NCBI GenBank assembly: GCA_009712635.1
Contig: WASS01000029.1
Coordinates: forward strand, 167,276 to 231,275
Source: Hungatella sp.
GTDB lineage: Bacteria; Bacillota; Clostridia; Lachnospirales; Lachnospiraceae
Length of the DNA: 64,000 bases
Reading direction: 5' to 3'
The notes below the pieces were generated by a model. That model had not been told where the DNA came from and searched no databases. It saw only the letters and a list, made by a program, of their open reading frames with translations. Numbering within the stretch: the stretch's first letter is position 1; each line of letters opens with the position of its first letter. Both the position numbers and the translations under genes were made by a program. Below, piece by piece: positions 48,608-58,227 of the stretch.

Positions 48608-49504
48608 ATGAAAGCAAATAAGAGACTGACAAAAGCATTTAAAAACGCCGAAACCATAACCTTTGATAAGAATTCTAAATTTATATTTTTTAGTGACAGC
48701 CACCGTGGAGATGACAGTGTATCAGATGAGTTTATCCGGAACCAGAACATTTTTTTACATGCTTTAAATTATTATTACAAAGAAAACTATGTTTATGTAG
48801 AAGTGGGCGACGGCGATGAATTATGGGAATATAAAAATTTCAGTGTCATCCGGCTGGCCCATACGGATGTGTTCACTGCAATAAAGAAGTTTTATGATTC
48901 CGGACGGTTCATTATGTTATATGGGAATCATAATATTTATCTTAAGTCCAAACATTTTGTAAAATCCAATTATTATCAATTTTATGATTATTACAATCAA
49001 AAGACGGTAGATTTATTTAAGGGAATCAAACCAAAAGAGGCTTTGGTTTTACAATATAAAGAAAACGGGCAGAAGATCTTTGTACTTCATGGACATCAGG
49101 GAGATGTTATGAACGATCAGCTATGGATTGTGTCCATGCTGCTTCTGCGTTATTTTTGGAGATATCTCCATCTGGTGGGTTTTGACAATCCCACAAGCCC
49201 TGCCCGTAATTTATTTAAAAGGCATAAGATAGAACGGATCTATGATGAATGGATTAAGAAAAAAAAGGTTATGCTGATCTGCGGTCATACCCACAGGCCT
49301 AAATTCCCAAAAGCAAATGATCTTCCCTATTTTAACACCGGCTGCTGTACCCGGACAAGAGGAATATCAGGCATTGAGATAATTAATGGTGAGATCCTGA
49401 TGGTTGACTGGAGGATCGCAGCCGATGAAGAAGGAGGGCTGAAAGTCCTCCGTACTGTAGTCAGAGGACCAGAGCCCATAGAAAAATACAATAACAGGAA
49501 ATAG
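48608..49504 (+). CDS. calcineurin-like metallophosphoesterase
   Basis: The metallophosphoesterase motifs FFSDSHRGDD, GDGDE, GNHN and GHTHR are present. Confidence 0.8.
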   Translation: MKANKRLTKAFKNAETITFDKNSKFIFFSDSHRGDDSVSDEFIRNQNIFLHALNYYYKENYVYVEVGDGDELWEYKNFSVIRLAHTDVFTAIKKFYDSGRFIMLYGNHNIYLKSKHFVKSNYYQFYDYYNQKTVDLFKGIKPKEALVLQYKENGQKIFVLHGHQGDVMNDQLWIVSMLLLRYFWRYLHLVGFDNPTSPARNLFKRHKIERIYDEWIKKKKVMLICGHTHRPKFPKANDLPYFNTGCCTRTRGISGIEIINGEILMVDWRIAADEEGGLKVLRTVVRGPEPIEKYNNRK

Positions 49505-49514
49505 ACCAGACTTT

Positions 49515-50906
49515 TTAAAAGGATATTTCAAAAACAGCTCCCTGTTCCTGGTTATACGCTTTAATTTTGCCGTTCAGCAGCTCGGCAGCAGATTTTGCGA
49601 TGGCAAGCCCTAAACCGAAATTACCATTTTTCCCTTTATAGAAACGGTCGAAGATAAAGGGAATGTCGTTTAGGGGAATTCCATCCCCGTCATCTGATAT
49701 GATTAAAGATACGATTCCTCCTTTTTTTTCCAGGGAAATGGTGACCTTCTGCCTGGCATAGCGCATGCAGTTGGACACGATGTTAATAACTGCCTGGGAG
49801 AGGATCACATCGTCAGTCTGAATCACTACGTCATATTCTGGCAGAAGCAGCTCTAACTGTTTCTCTGATTTAGCTGCCAGCCCCATAAGACGCTGGGTAT
49901 AATCTTTTAATAAATGACAAAGGTTGACCTCTTCCCACTGGGGTTTATACGTTCCGCTTTCGTAGCGGGAGAGTGTGAGCAGTTCACTTACAAGTTCGTT
50001 TAAGCGTATGCTTTCACGTTTGATTATCTGAGCTGCTTCTTTTGTATCGGGGAATATACCGCTTTCAATTCCTTCGGCATACCCCTGAATGGACATGAGT
50101 GGGGTTCGAAGTTCATGAGAAGCATTTTGCAGAAATGTCTTCTGATTTTTATCATAGGTCTCCAGCCTTCCCACCATGATACTGATGTTATCATAAAGCT
50201 GCTTAAACTCCAGTGTATCCTGGGGAATGTTAAAATGGCTCACATCAAAATCCCCCTGTCCGATCTGCAGGGAAAGAACACCAAGCCTGGTGATGGGTAC
50301 TGTAATATGTGCCGCGATTTTCTCTGAAAAGTAGATGGCGATCAGGATACCAAGAAGCATGATGGCAAAAAGGATGAGATTGACTGCTCCCAGATATTTA
50401 TTCATTCGGTCTGCCGGAAGGACAAATACGGCGGTCAGATTGCTTAAATCGTCATTGTTCAGGGAATAGGCGATGGTGAAGTACTTTTTACCGTTTACAG
50501 GAATGGTGTAAACGGTGCCCTGGTTCATCTTAAGGTACTGATCCTTTATCACATCTAAATATGCAATCTGGGAGGGGGCAAGCTTTATCTGTGATGGAAA
50601 TACAGGTTTTGCATCCCGATCCATAAGATAGAAATCCATACCTTGTGAAAAATGGGAGGATTTAAGTGCCATGAGGATATTCCTTGCCATACTCAATGCT
50701 TTCTTCTCTGAGGGCTGGCCTCCGTCTGTTTCCAGTTCGCTTTTTATTTCCTTTTCCACTGCACGGATTGTAGTTTTTAATTCATTTTTGGCAGTAGCAT
50801 TGCTGTAGATCCGAAAGGAAAGATTAAATAATATAAGGGTAGCCAGCGGAATCAGTATGAGAAGGGTTAAAAATGGCTTCTGAATTTTATTTTTTATACT
50901 CTTCAT
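49515..50906 (-). CDS. sensor histidine kinase (TM-sensor-TM-HAMP-HisKA-HATPase)
   Basis: It has an H-box (ASHELRTPL), N/G1/G2 boxes and 2 TM segments. Confidence 0.85.
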   Translation of the reverse strand: MKSIKNKIQKPFLTLLILIPLATLILFNLSFRIYSNATAKNELKTTIRAVEKEIKSELETDGGQPSEKKALSMARNILMALKSSHFSQGMDFYLMDRDAKPVFPSQIKLAPSQIAYLDVIKDQYLKMNQGTVYTIPVNGKKYFTIAYSLNNDDLSNLTAVFVLPADRMNKYLGAVNLILFAIMLLGILIAIYFSEKIAAHITVPITRLGVLSLQIGQGDFDVSHFNIPQDTLEFKQLYDNISIMVGRLETYDKNQKTFLQNASHELRTPLMSIQGYAEGIESGIFPDTKEAAQIIKRESIRLNELVSELLTLSRYESGTYKPQWEEVNLCHLLKDYTQRLMGLAAKSEKQLELLLPEYDVVIQTDDVILSQAVINIVSNCMRYARQKVTISLEKKGGIVSLIISDDGDGIPLNDIPFIFDRFYKGKNGNFGLGLAIAKSAAELLNGKIKAYNQEQGAVFEISF

Positions 50907-51600
50907 GGGTATCTCCTAATTCCAGGCGGAAGCCAAAACCCCAGACAGACTGTATTTTTACGTCTGCTTCCGCAGCCGCCAGTTTTTTTCGCAGTCTTTT
51001 AATCACATCATCGGTTGCTCTGGTATCTGCTTCAAAATCAAATTTCCAGACATGCTTTAGCAGTTCTTCCCTGGACACTGCCTGTTCCTTTTTTTCCAAT
51101 AAATAGATCATAAGGGCAAATTCCGTGGGGGTAACATCAAGTGTCTTTCCGTTAACGGAAAACTCTCTTTTATTTACATCAGCCTTTACATTTCCAAAAA
51201 GATAGATTTCTCCCTTGTTGCTGCCTAAGTCCAGCTCCATTCTCCGAAATAGTGCTTTTACTCTGGTTACAAGCTCCATAGGAGAAAAAGGCTTTGTTAA
51301 GTAATCATCAGACCCTAAGGTGATTCCTGCTATGCGGTCTGCTTCGCTGTCTCTGGCAGAAACAATTACAATCAGTGCATTACTTCTTTTCCGGATCTCC
51401 CGGCACAACACCAGTCCGTCCGTACCAGGCATCATAACATCTAAGATTACCATATCTGAAGGATTTTTATCAAAGGCGGCAAACAATTGGTCTCCGTCTG
51501 GAAATGTCTGTACCTCAAACCCCTCAGCAGCCAGAAAAAGCTGTATTAAATCCCTGATGGGCTGTTCGTCATCTGCAAGGTAAATTCGTTTCTTTTCCAT
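50887..51600 (-). CDS. OmpR-family response regulator
   Basis: Its receiver domain (YLADDEQPI...DVMMP) is followed by a winged-helix domain. It overlaps the HK gene by 20 nt. Confidence 0.85.
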   Translation of the reverse strand: MEKKRIYLADDEQPIRDLIQLFLAAEGFEVQTFPDGDQLFAAFDKNPSDMVILDVMMPGTDGLVLCREIRKRSNALIVIVSARDSEADRIAGITLGSDDYLTKPFSPMELVTRVKALFRRMELDLGSNKGEIYLFGNVKADVNKREFSVNGKTLDVTPTEFALMIYLLEKKEQAVSREELLKHVWKFDFEADTRATDDVIKRLRKKLAAAEADVKIQSVWGFGFRLELGDTHEEYKK

Positions 51601-51771
51601 TTATCTATAACCCTTCCTTTCGGCTGTTTCGTATATTTTATCATTTTCTTTTTCGAATTCATAGAGCTGCCACAATTTTGCCACAGTTTCACCTTTGAAA
51701 TGCGTCAGTAAAAGGTAGTATGATTTCAAGCAGAAAAGAAAAAATCCCCCTCAATGAAAGGAGTCACAATT

Positions 51772-52251
51772 ATGAAGAAATCAATGAAATCAATCACCTC
51801 TCTTTTAACAACCGCTATGCTTATTACAGGAACAGTAGCCATTCCCGCTCAGGCAGCGACAACAGCAGTAAATCCGACGAAAGCAGCAGCAACAACACAG
51901 GCAAGTAAGGCAGGCACAGCAGCCAAGGCAACGGAAGCAGCAAAAACAGCAGTAGCGGCTAAAACAACAGAGGCAGCTAAGACAACAGAGGCAGCAAAAG
52001 CTGATTCCGCAAAGGCAGCAGCAGCTAAAACAGATAAGAAAGCCGTCACAAAAAAGGCAGCTAAAGTAAAGAAACATAAAAAAGCAGTTGCAAAGAAGAC
52101 CAGCAAGGCTAAAACACATAAAAAAGCAGCTGCAAAAAAGACAAAAGCAGTAAAAAATCAGAAAAAAGCAGCAAAGACAGCGACTACAAAAACTGCAGCA
52201 ACTACAAAAACTGCAGCAACAACAAAAGCTGCAGCTACTACAAAAAAGTAA
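51772..52251 (+). CDS. secreted low-complexity Lys/Ala/Thr-rich basic protein (histone-H1-tail-like)
   Basis: AAAGGAG lies 8 nt before the ATG at 51772. The signal peptide MKKSMKSITSLLTTAMLITGTVAIPAQA is followed by AAKTTEAAK and KKAAKVKKHKK repeats. Confidence 0.5.
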   Translation: MKKSMKSITSLLTTAMLITGTVAIPAQAATTAVNPTKAAATTQASKAGTAAKATEAAKTAVAAKTTEAAKTTEAAKADSAKAAAAKTDKKAVTKKAAKVKKHKKAVAKKTSKAKTHKKAAAKKTKAVKNQKKAAKTATTKTAATTKTAATTKAAATTKK

Positions 52252-52482
52252 TACATAAGAATATATAAATATTTTTTCATCATCCACTGCACTATTAATA
52301 GAATTGAGACCGAATTTTTCTGATTCTCAAATATATTAAATAGTGCAGTTTTTCTAAACATTTCTCCAATCTTCAATAAAAAACCCATCTTGTGTATAAT
52401 GCACAAATAATAACTGCTATTTTAATTAGATTTTACACGTTGACATAACGCTGTTTTTTCACTATACTTAATCCATTATAAA

Positions 52483-52546
52483 GGATTGTTACTCTTTGAG
52501 GCATTACCTGTTTTATTTGGTATGCTTTCAGAGAGTTTTTTTGTTT
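52483..52546 (+). promoter_or_regulatory. RAT-like element/terminator upstream of second bglG; promoter TTGACA-17-TATACT at 52440-68
   Basis: The RAT-like sequence is AGGATTGTTACTCTTTGAGGCATTACCTG, followed by a T-rich hairpin. Confidence 0.5.
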
Positions 52547-52575
52547 ATTTACGTACTTTCAAGTGAGGAAATATT

Positions 52576-53412
52576 ATGAAGGTTATAAAAAAGATTAACA
52601 ATAATGTTGCATTATGTGTAGATAATCATAAAAAAGAGTTAATCGCTTTTGGCAAAGGAATCGGTTTTCCCGATATGCCTTATGAGATCAAGGATCTTAG
52701 TTCCATTTCAATGACCTTTTATCGAATGGATCAGAGTTTTTATAAATTATTAGAGGAAATACCAGAGGAAGTTTTTGAGGTATCGGCTCTTATTGTGAAA
52801 AAAGCTCAAATGACACTGGATTGCAGTTTGAATCCCAATCTTTTGCCAGGACTTGCGGATCATATTCATTTTGCATTAAAGCGTATAGAAAAATACAAAG
52901 AAATGAAAATGCTTTTTTCCTATGACATCGAACAATTGTATCCGGCAGAAACTTCCTTGGCAAGATATGCAGTTGGGCTGATTGAGAGGAAGCTGAGCGT
53001 AAAGCTGCCCGACAGCGAAATAACTAACATCGCAATGCATTTTGTAAATGCAGAAGAAGAAAACATGGTTGAAACCAACGGGGAGATCCAAACGGATCAG
53101 CTGATTGATGAAGTCACTAAAATGATTGAACAGACATTTGAAACAGAGATAGACCGGGAAGGGTTTAATTATAACAGGTTTGTCATGCATTTCAGATATT
53201 TTCTGAAGCGAATTATAGAAAAAAAGCAGTTCATAGATGATAATGGAGCTTTATTTGAAACACTGAAAGCTGAAAAACCGGAGATCTACGATTGTGCCGT
53301 ACAAATCAGCGACTGGGTGGTTGACCGGCTGCATGCAGAGATAACTCAGGATGAGATACTATATCTGATGATACACATTAATAGGATTATAAAAAATAAT
53401 ACAATCAATTAA
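52576..53412 (+). CDS. BglG/LicT-family antiterminator (second paralog)
   Basis: The CAT domain is MKVIKKINNNVALCVDNHKKELIAFGKGIGF, followed by two PRD domains. Confidence 0.85.
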   Translation: MKVIKKINNNVALCVDNHKKELIAFGKGIGFPDMPYEIKDLSSISMTFYRMDQSFYKLLEEIPEEVFEVSALIVKKAQMTLDCSLNPNLLPGLADHIHFALKRIEKYKEMKMLFSYDIEQLYPAETSLARYAVGLIERKLSVKLPDSEITNIAMHFVNAEEENMVETNGEIQTDQLIDEVTKMIEQTFETEIDREGFNYNRFVMHFRYFLKRIIEKKQFIDDNGALFETLKAEKPEIYDCAVQISDWVVDRLHAEITQDEILYLMIHINRIIKNNTIN

Positions 53413-53421
53413 GGAGATAAG

Positions 53422-53910
53422 ATGGGATTATTTGATAAAATAGGACAGAAATTCAGCAGCAGAAAAATTGTTTATATGCCGATTACCGGTAAAGTAATTT
53501 CATTAAGCGAAATTAAGGATGGTGTGTTTTCGGAAGGCATTCTTGGAAAAGGAGTTGGTATTATACCTGAGGAAGGTATTGTATACGCGCCGTTTGACGG
53601 AGAGGTTATTTTGATTGCAGACACAAAGCATGCCATTGGTTTAAAAAGTACACAGGGTGTTGAACTCATCATACATGTGGGAATGGACACAGTGGAAATG
53701 AATGGGAAAGGCTTTAGCCAGCAGGTAAAAGTTGGGGATTCAATAAAATGCGGACAGCAGATTATGACATTTTCTTTAGAGGAAATAAGTAAAAGCGGCT
53801 ATGTGTCCACAACGGCAGTGATTGTAACCAATTCAGATAAATTTAAAACAATTGAAGTTCTTTTAGAAGGCGATCAGGAAAAACAGAAAGAGCTGCTTAG
53901 TCTTTCTTAA
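53422..53910 (+). CDS. PTS glucose-family EIIA component (second copy)
   Basis: It has the EIIA-Glc fold motifs (GEVILIADTKHAIGLKS..G.E..IH.G.DTV). Confidence 0.85.
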   Translation: MGLFDKIGQKFSSRKIVYMPITGKVISLSEIKDGVFSEGILGKGVGIIPEEGIVYAPFDGEVILIADTKHAIGLKSTQGVELIIHVGMDTVEMNGKGFSQQVKVGDSIKCGQQIMTFSLEEISKSGYVSTTAVIVTNSDKFKTIEVLLEGDQEKQKELLSLS

Positions 53911-53914
53911 TGAT

Positions 53915-53955
53915 CAGCCCGGTTCCTATGAATGGAACCGGGCTGTTTCCTTTTG
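53915..53955. terminator. bidirectional intrinsic terminator
   Basis: Stem cagcccggttcc..ggaaccgggctg plus a T-rich tail. Confidence 0.7.
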
Positions 53956-53969
53956 GGTTATTTTAATGA

Positions 53970-56519
53970 TTATAAACTGGTTGACCGTTCTTCCGTCTTA
54001 ACCGCTTTTTCATTCACCTTGGTCAGCTTTACCAGCTCATACCACAGGACCGATGCGGCTGCCAGCCCCAGTGCAGTTAACATCTGCAAGGCAGAGAGGG
54101 GAGCCAGCTTTAAAAGTCCTGCTAGAGGTGAATAGAGGATGACAGCAAGAAGAATAACGGTACCTGCGTTGACAGCCCACATAACCTTATCATTTAGAAG
54201 CTGTCTGATGGAACAAAAGATGTTGTCATAGTCTGAGCTGTTGACCTGTACAAGGAATAAATTTGCCAGCATGATTATGGATAGACCCATGGAACGGGCA
54301 GCAGGCGCATGGGCAGGGCTGTTTTTCAGAGTGAAGTAATATGCTCCAAAGGAAGCTGCAAAGACAAACAGACCCTGGAAAATACTTTTTGAAAGCAGTT
54401 TCCCAGTCAGCAGCTTTTCTTTTGGATTGCGGGGATTGCGTTTCATAATGTTGGTTTCGGCTGGCTGACGCTCCAGTACAATGGAACAGGTGGGGTCAAT
54501 CAGCACTTCCAGAAGCACCACATGAAGAGGCAGGAGTAAAAGAGAAGCAGGGGCAATGCCAAGGAATGGGCCCAGCAGGGAGGAGAAAGCGATGGGAATG
54601 TGGATTGTAAACACGTAACCAACAGCTTTGCGGATGTTATCATAGATGCGGCGTCCGTCCCTGATGGTTTCCACGATGGTGGTAAAGTTATCATCCATTA
54701 AGATAAGGTCGGCGGCCTCTCTGGACACCTCGCTGCCTCGTTTCCCCATAGCAATCCCAATGTCGGCATATTTAAGGGCGGGAGCGTCATTGACACCGTC
54801 GCCGGTCATAGCTACAATATCTCCATTTTCCTTAAATGCTTTTACAATCCGCATCTTGTGCTCCGGGATAACCCTGGAGAAGATGGAAACGTTTTTAACA
54901 GCCTCCTGCAGCTGGTTATCCGTCATGGCTTCCAGCATTTCTCCCGTAATAATACGGTCGCTGCCGGGAATACCGATTTTCCTTGCAATTGCGGAAGCAG
55001 TAATACCATTGTCACCAGTTATCATGACGACACGGATTCCAGCTTCCTTACATACGGCTATATCATTTTTCACACTTTCCCTGGGAGGGTCTGCCAGGCC
55101 CACCAGTCCCAGAAACGTCAGGCGGCAGTCTGTAATAGAGGCAGGAATCGCCTCGTCGTCTACAGGGTTTGCAGTTGCAATTCCAATCACCCGTAATCCT
55201 TCGCTGGATAAATCGTTAATTTGTTTTTCAGCAATTTCTCGTTCCTCAGCGGTGAGTTCACAGATTGTCAGGATTCGTTCCGGGCTTCCTTTTGCTGCGA
55301 TAACCAGCTGTCCGTTCCGGCGCCAGACATGCCCCATCATTTTCAATTCATTGGTAAAGGTGTATTCGGTCACAAATTCATTATGAAACAGACTTTCTTT
55401 TGATATACCATGCTCTTCACAGTAGGTGAGCATGGCTTTTTCCATAGGATCATAGGTGTCCGTCTCACAGCCCAGTCCCATTGTTTCTATCAGTTTTTGT
55501 TCCTGTTGGTTTTCAGTCCATACTTTTTGAACTGTCATCTGATTCATGGTGATCGTACCGGTTTTATCCACACACAGGACTGATACGGCACCAAGTGTCT
55601 CTACACTTGGCAATTTGCGAACAAGTGAATTCTTCTTAGCCAGTCTCCAGGCTCCCATAGAAAGAAAGACGGTGAGGATGACTGGAAACTCCTCCGGGAT
55701 CATAGCCATGGCAAGAGTCACTCCGGAAAGGATACTTTCAATCAGCCGGTCACTGAATCTGTGATCAGGGATATTAAACCAGGTAAAGATTCCTACCATC
55801 AGGAAAAGAACACCTGCTATTACGGCGCAGGTCTTCACCAGCTTTCCGGTCTGCTTTTGCAGCGGGGTATCTTCCTGGGGTGTGATGGCAACTCCCAGAC
55901 CGATCTTGCCGTATTCGGACTGTGCTCCGATCTTATCCACTTTAATGGCCCCGGTGCCCTGCATAACCAGTGTTCCGGCATAGCAGTAGTCCTTTCGCCA
56001 ATAGTCTTTTGCAGACAATTCATTTCCTACCGGTATTTTATAGACTCTTTCAGCCTCGCCTGTCAGAGTGGATTCATCAATACATAAATCAGCACAGCGA
56101 ATCACCTCACCATCAGCCGGAATCTTTACACCTTCGTGAATCATCATTAAATCACCAGGCACAAGATCTGCGCTGGCAATCAGTTTTTCAACCCCATCCC
56201 GTATTACCGGAATTGTGGGTGCAGAAAGGTCTTTCAGAGCGTTTAATGTTTTATCTGTTTTCCATTCCTGAATTACATCAATGCTGATTATGCCGATAAC
56301 AAAAATAAGCATAATGGCACCATCTCTGGGTTCTCCCAGAATAAAATAAATGACAGCTGCAATGATTAGTAAAAGGAACATGGGTTCGCAGATAATGTGA
56401 AAAACCTTCTTGAAAAAGCTTTCCTTCTTCTGCGGTATCAGTTCATTTTTACCATACTGATGCTGTCTTAGTCTGGCCTCCTCGCTGGATAGGCCATTGT
56501 AATTTGGGGTGTCTGTCAT
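53970..56519 (-). CDS. cation-translocating P-type ATPase, P2 (Ca2+/Mg2+-type)
   Basis: The P-type motifs DKTGTIT, TGDGVNDAPAL and MITGD are present with a 10-TM topology. The SERCA/PMCA-like N-terminus begins MTDTPNYNGLSSEEARLRQHQYGKNEL. Confidence 0.85.
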   Translation of the reverse strand: MTDTPNYNGLSSEEARLRQHQYGKNELIPQKKESFFKKVFHIICEPMFLLLIIAAVIYFILGEPRDGAIMLIFVIGIISIDVIQEWKTDKTLNALKDLSAPTIPVIRDGVEKLIASADLVPGDLMMIHEGVKIPADGEVIRCADLCIDESTLTGEAERVYKIPVGNELSAKDYWRKDYCYAGTLVMQGTGAIKVDKIGAQSEYGKIGLGVAITPQEDTPLQKQTGKLVKTCAVIAGVLFLMVGIFTWFNIPDHRFSDRLIESILSGVTLAMAMIPEEFPVILTVFLSMGAWRLAKKNSLVRKLPSVETLGAVSVLCVDKTGTITMNQMTVQKVWTENQQEQKLIETMGLGCETDTYDPMEKAMLTYCEEHGISKESLFHNEFVTEYTFTNELKMMGHVWRRNGQLVIAAKGSPERILTICELTAEEREIAEKQINDLSSEGLRVIGIATANPVDDEAIPASITDCRLTFLGLVGLADPPRESVKNDIAVCKEAGIRVVMITGDNGITASAIARKIGIPGSDRIITGEMLEAMTDNQLQEAVKNVSIFSRVIPEHKMRIVKAFKENGDIVAMTGDGVNDAPALKYADIGIAMGKRGSEVSREAADLILMDDNFTTIVETIRDGRRIYDNIRKAVGYVFTIHIPIAFSSLLGPFLGIAPASLLLLPLHVVLLEVLIDPTCSIVLERQPAETNIMKRNPRNPKEKLLTGKLLSKSIFQGLFVFAASFGAYYFTLKNSPAHAPAARSMGLSIIMLANLFLVQVNSSDYDNIFCSIRQLLNDKVMWAVNAGTVILLAVILYSPLAGLLKLAPLSALQMLTALGLAAASVLWYELVKLTKVNEKAVKTEERSTSL

Positions 56520-56521
56520 AA

Positions 56522-56810
56522 AAAAAATCCTCCATCTCTCGCCAATGCGGCGGTGTCATGATTTCTCCTATGGCACTCCATTTGAGTTCGTTGTTCCGTA
56601 AATGCGTATAAAAAAAACACACCGGCGGAACATACTACTGTCCCGCAGATGTGCATAAATTGCAATCCGCTGCCGTTCGTTGGACGGCCCAGCCCCACGC
56701 CCATTCGGGCATCGCCTGCTCAGTTTGTACTGTTGATCTCGAATTCCATTGGAATATAATGCAGTGCAAAGAGATTTATATATTATATGAAGAGGAATAG
56801 AAAATGTCAA
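56522..56810 (-). promoter_or_regulatory. perfect sigma-A promoter (TTGACA-17-TATAAT) plus about 260-nt leader containing an intrinsic terminator upstream of the P-type ATPase
   Basis: On the minus strand, TTGACA lies at 56810-05 and TATAAT at 56788-83. The leader contains a hairpin and then U8 (plus-strand aaaaaaaacacaccggcggaac...) about 120 nt before the ATG. Confidence 0.5.
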
Positions 56811-56824
56811 CTACTTTTATATGA

Positions 56825-57466
56825 CTAATTTTTTGATTGGTTCACTTTTTCTTTCATAAAGGTCACGACTCCTGGAAGCAGGGAAATCAAAACAATAAAA
56901 ATTACAATCAAAGAAAAATTCTGCTTTACAAAAGGCAGTTCACCGATAAAAAAACCCAGACTCAGCATAAGTGCAACCCATAGAAAGCCGCCTATAATAT
57001 TATTTACAATGAACTGGGAGTATTTCATTTTTATCATGCCAGCCGTAAATGGCACAAAAGTTCTTATTATGGGGGCAAACCTGCCTAATACAATTGTTAA
57101 ATAGCCATGTTTTTCATAAAACAACTGAGCTGCTTCTGCATGGGATCTTAATTTTTCAAATCTGTTTAATATGTGGCTGCCGATTGATTTTCCGATTGCA
57201 TAGTTTACGGTATCCCCTAAAACTGCTGCGATAAAAATAGTGAAAAACAAAGAATAAATGTTTAAGGAACCAATGGAAGCCAGAGCCCCGGCTGCAAAAA
57301 GAATAGAGTCTCCTGGCAGAAAAGGTGTAAATACAAGCCCCGTTTCACAGAAAATAATCATAAATAAAAGCATGTAAGTCCATACTCCGTAGTTTTGCAG
57401 AATCATATTAAGATATTGGTCCAGGTGCAGTATAATGTCTAGTATCATTTCTGTTATATTTTGCAT
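56825..57466 (-). CDS. DedA-family (VTT domain) membrane protein
   Basis: The DedA motif F.ETGLVFTPFLPGDSILFAAG is present. Confidence 0.8.
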   Translation of the reverse strand: MQNITEMILDIILHLDQYLNMILQNYGVWTYMLLFMIIFCETGLVFTPFLPGDSILFAAGALASIGSLNIYSLFFTIFIAAVLGDTVNYAIGKSIGSHILNRFEKLRSHAEAAQLFYEKHGYLTIVLGRFAPIIRTFVPFTAGMIKMKYSQFIVNNIIGGFLWVALMLSLGFFIGELPFVKQNFSLIVIFIVLISLLPGVVTFMKEKVNQSKN

Positions 57467-57719
57467 TGGTATTGAAACCTATACCAATACATTTCCTTTC
57501 ACGAAGATCATAACGCTATTCAGGAACATTGATGATTCCATACGAACAGCTTTTGTATTTTATCATTATTATGGGAAAAACAAAACACTGTTATATGTTA
57601 AAGTTTAGCTAAACTTTTTTATAATAATGAATTTGAATAAATTCCATTCTCCGTCTTGACGTGTGACGGAAGAATTACGTATAATTAATAAATTGAAGTA
57701 TAGAAGGGATACTGTGTGC

Positions 57720-58082
57720 ATGGGAGATTCAATTAATAAATGTGATTGTCAGGCGATTAACGAGGAATTGGCAGAAAGAGTGAAATCAGAGATGGAAGAC
57801 GACGGCTGTTTTTCCCTTCTCTCTGCATTTTTTAAAATAATCAGCGATGATACCAGAATAAAGATTATGTATGCGTTATCAAAAAGTGAATTATGTGTAA
57901 ATGATCTGGCTGTAATTTTAGATATGACGAAATCTGCAATCTCTCATCAATTAAGGCTTCTTAAGGGATCAGGCCAGGTGAAATCCAGAAAAGAGGGTAA
58001 ATTTGTTTATTATTCTTTAGACGATGAACACGTATTTGAAATTATAGAGAATGCTTTAATCCATGTAAAGCACCAAAAATAG
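57720..58082 (+). CDS. ArsR/SmtB-family metalloregulator with CadC-like N-terminal Cys pair
   Basis: It has a wHTH and an alpha3N-type metal site (CDC near the N-terminus plus ELCVNDL). I trimmed the start to the ATG after AGAAGGGA, because the GTG at 57663 lies inside a TTGACG-18-TATAAT promoter. Confidence 0.7.
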   Translation: MGDSINKCDCQAINEELAERVKSEMEDDGCFSLLSAFFKIISDDTRIKIMYALSKSELCVNDLAVILDMTKSAISHQLRLLKGSGQVKSRKEGKFVYYSLDDEHVFEIIENALIHVKHQK

Positions 58083-58227
58083 GATACCATACAGCGCCTG
58101 TGCTTTTGCATAAGGCGCTGTATTAAAATTTTATGCAATGATCATATTTTTCTCATAATATTTTGATATGATTGGTTTTAAAACGTTTCATTTTATAAGA
58201 TTACAGGTAAAAAGGGAGGAAACAGGT

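Noticed and set aside
51805-52287. Minus-strand 160-aa ORF that is extremely Cys/Phe/Ser-rich and looks like a metallothionein.
   Set aside because: It is the mirror image of the GCA/GCT/AAA-rich Ala/Lys/Thr coding repeats of the plus-strand secreted protein. It has no start context.
56516-56704. A 62-aa ORF, and a small Trp-rich reading frame (MPEWAWGWAV...), in the ATPase leader that could be leader peptides.
   Set aside because: Neither has an RBS, and their frames cut across the terminator hairpin. A Trp-codon attenuator makes no sense for a cation pump. I kept the region as an uncharacterised leader instead.
56522-56790. Assignment of the ATPase leader to the M-box (Mg2+) or yybP-ykoY (Mn2+) riboswitch classes.
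   Set aside because: I could not find the hallmark GUUAGGUGAGG (M-box) or GAGAGUAG...UUGAC (yybP-ykoY) elements by eye. A covariance-model search is needed.
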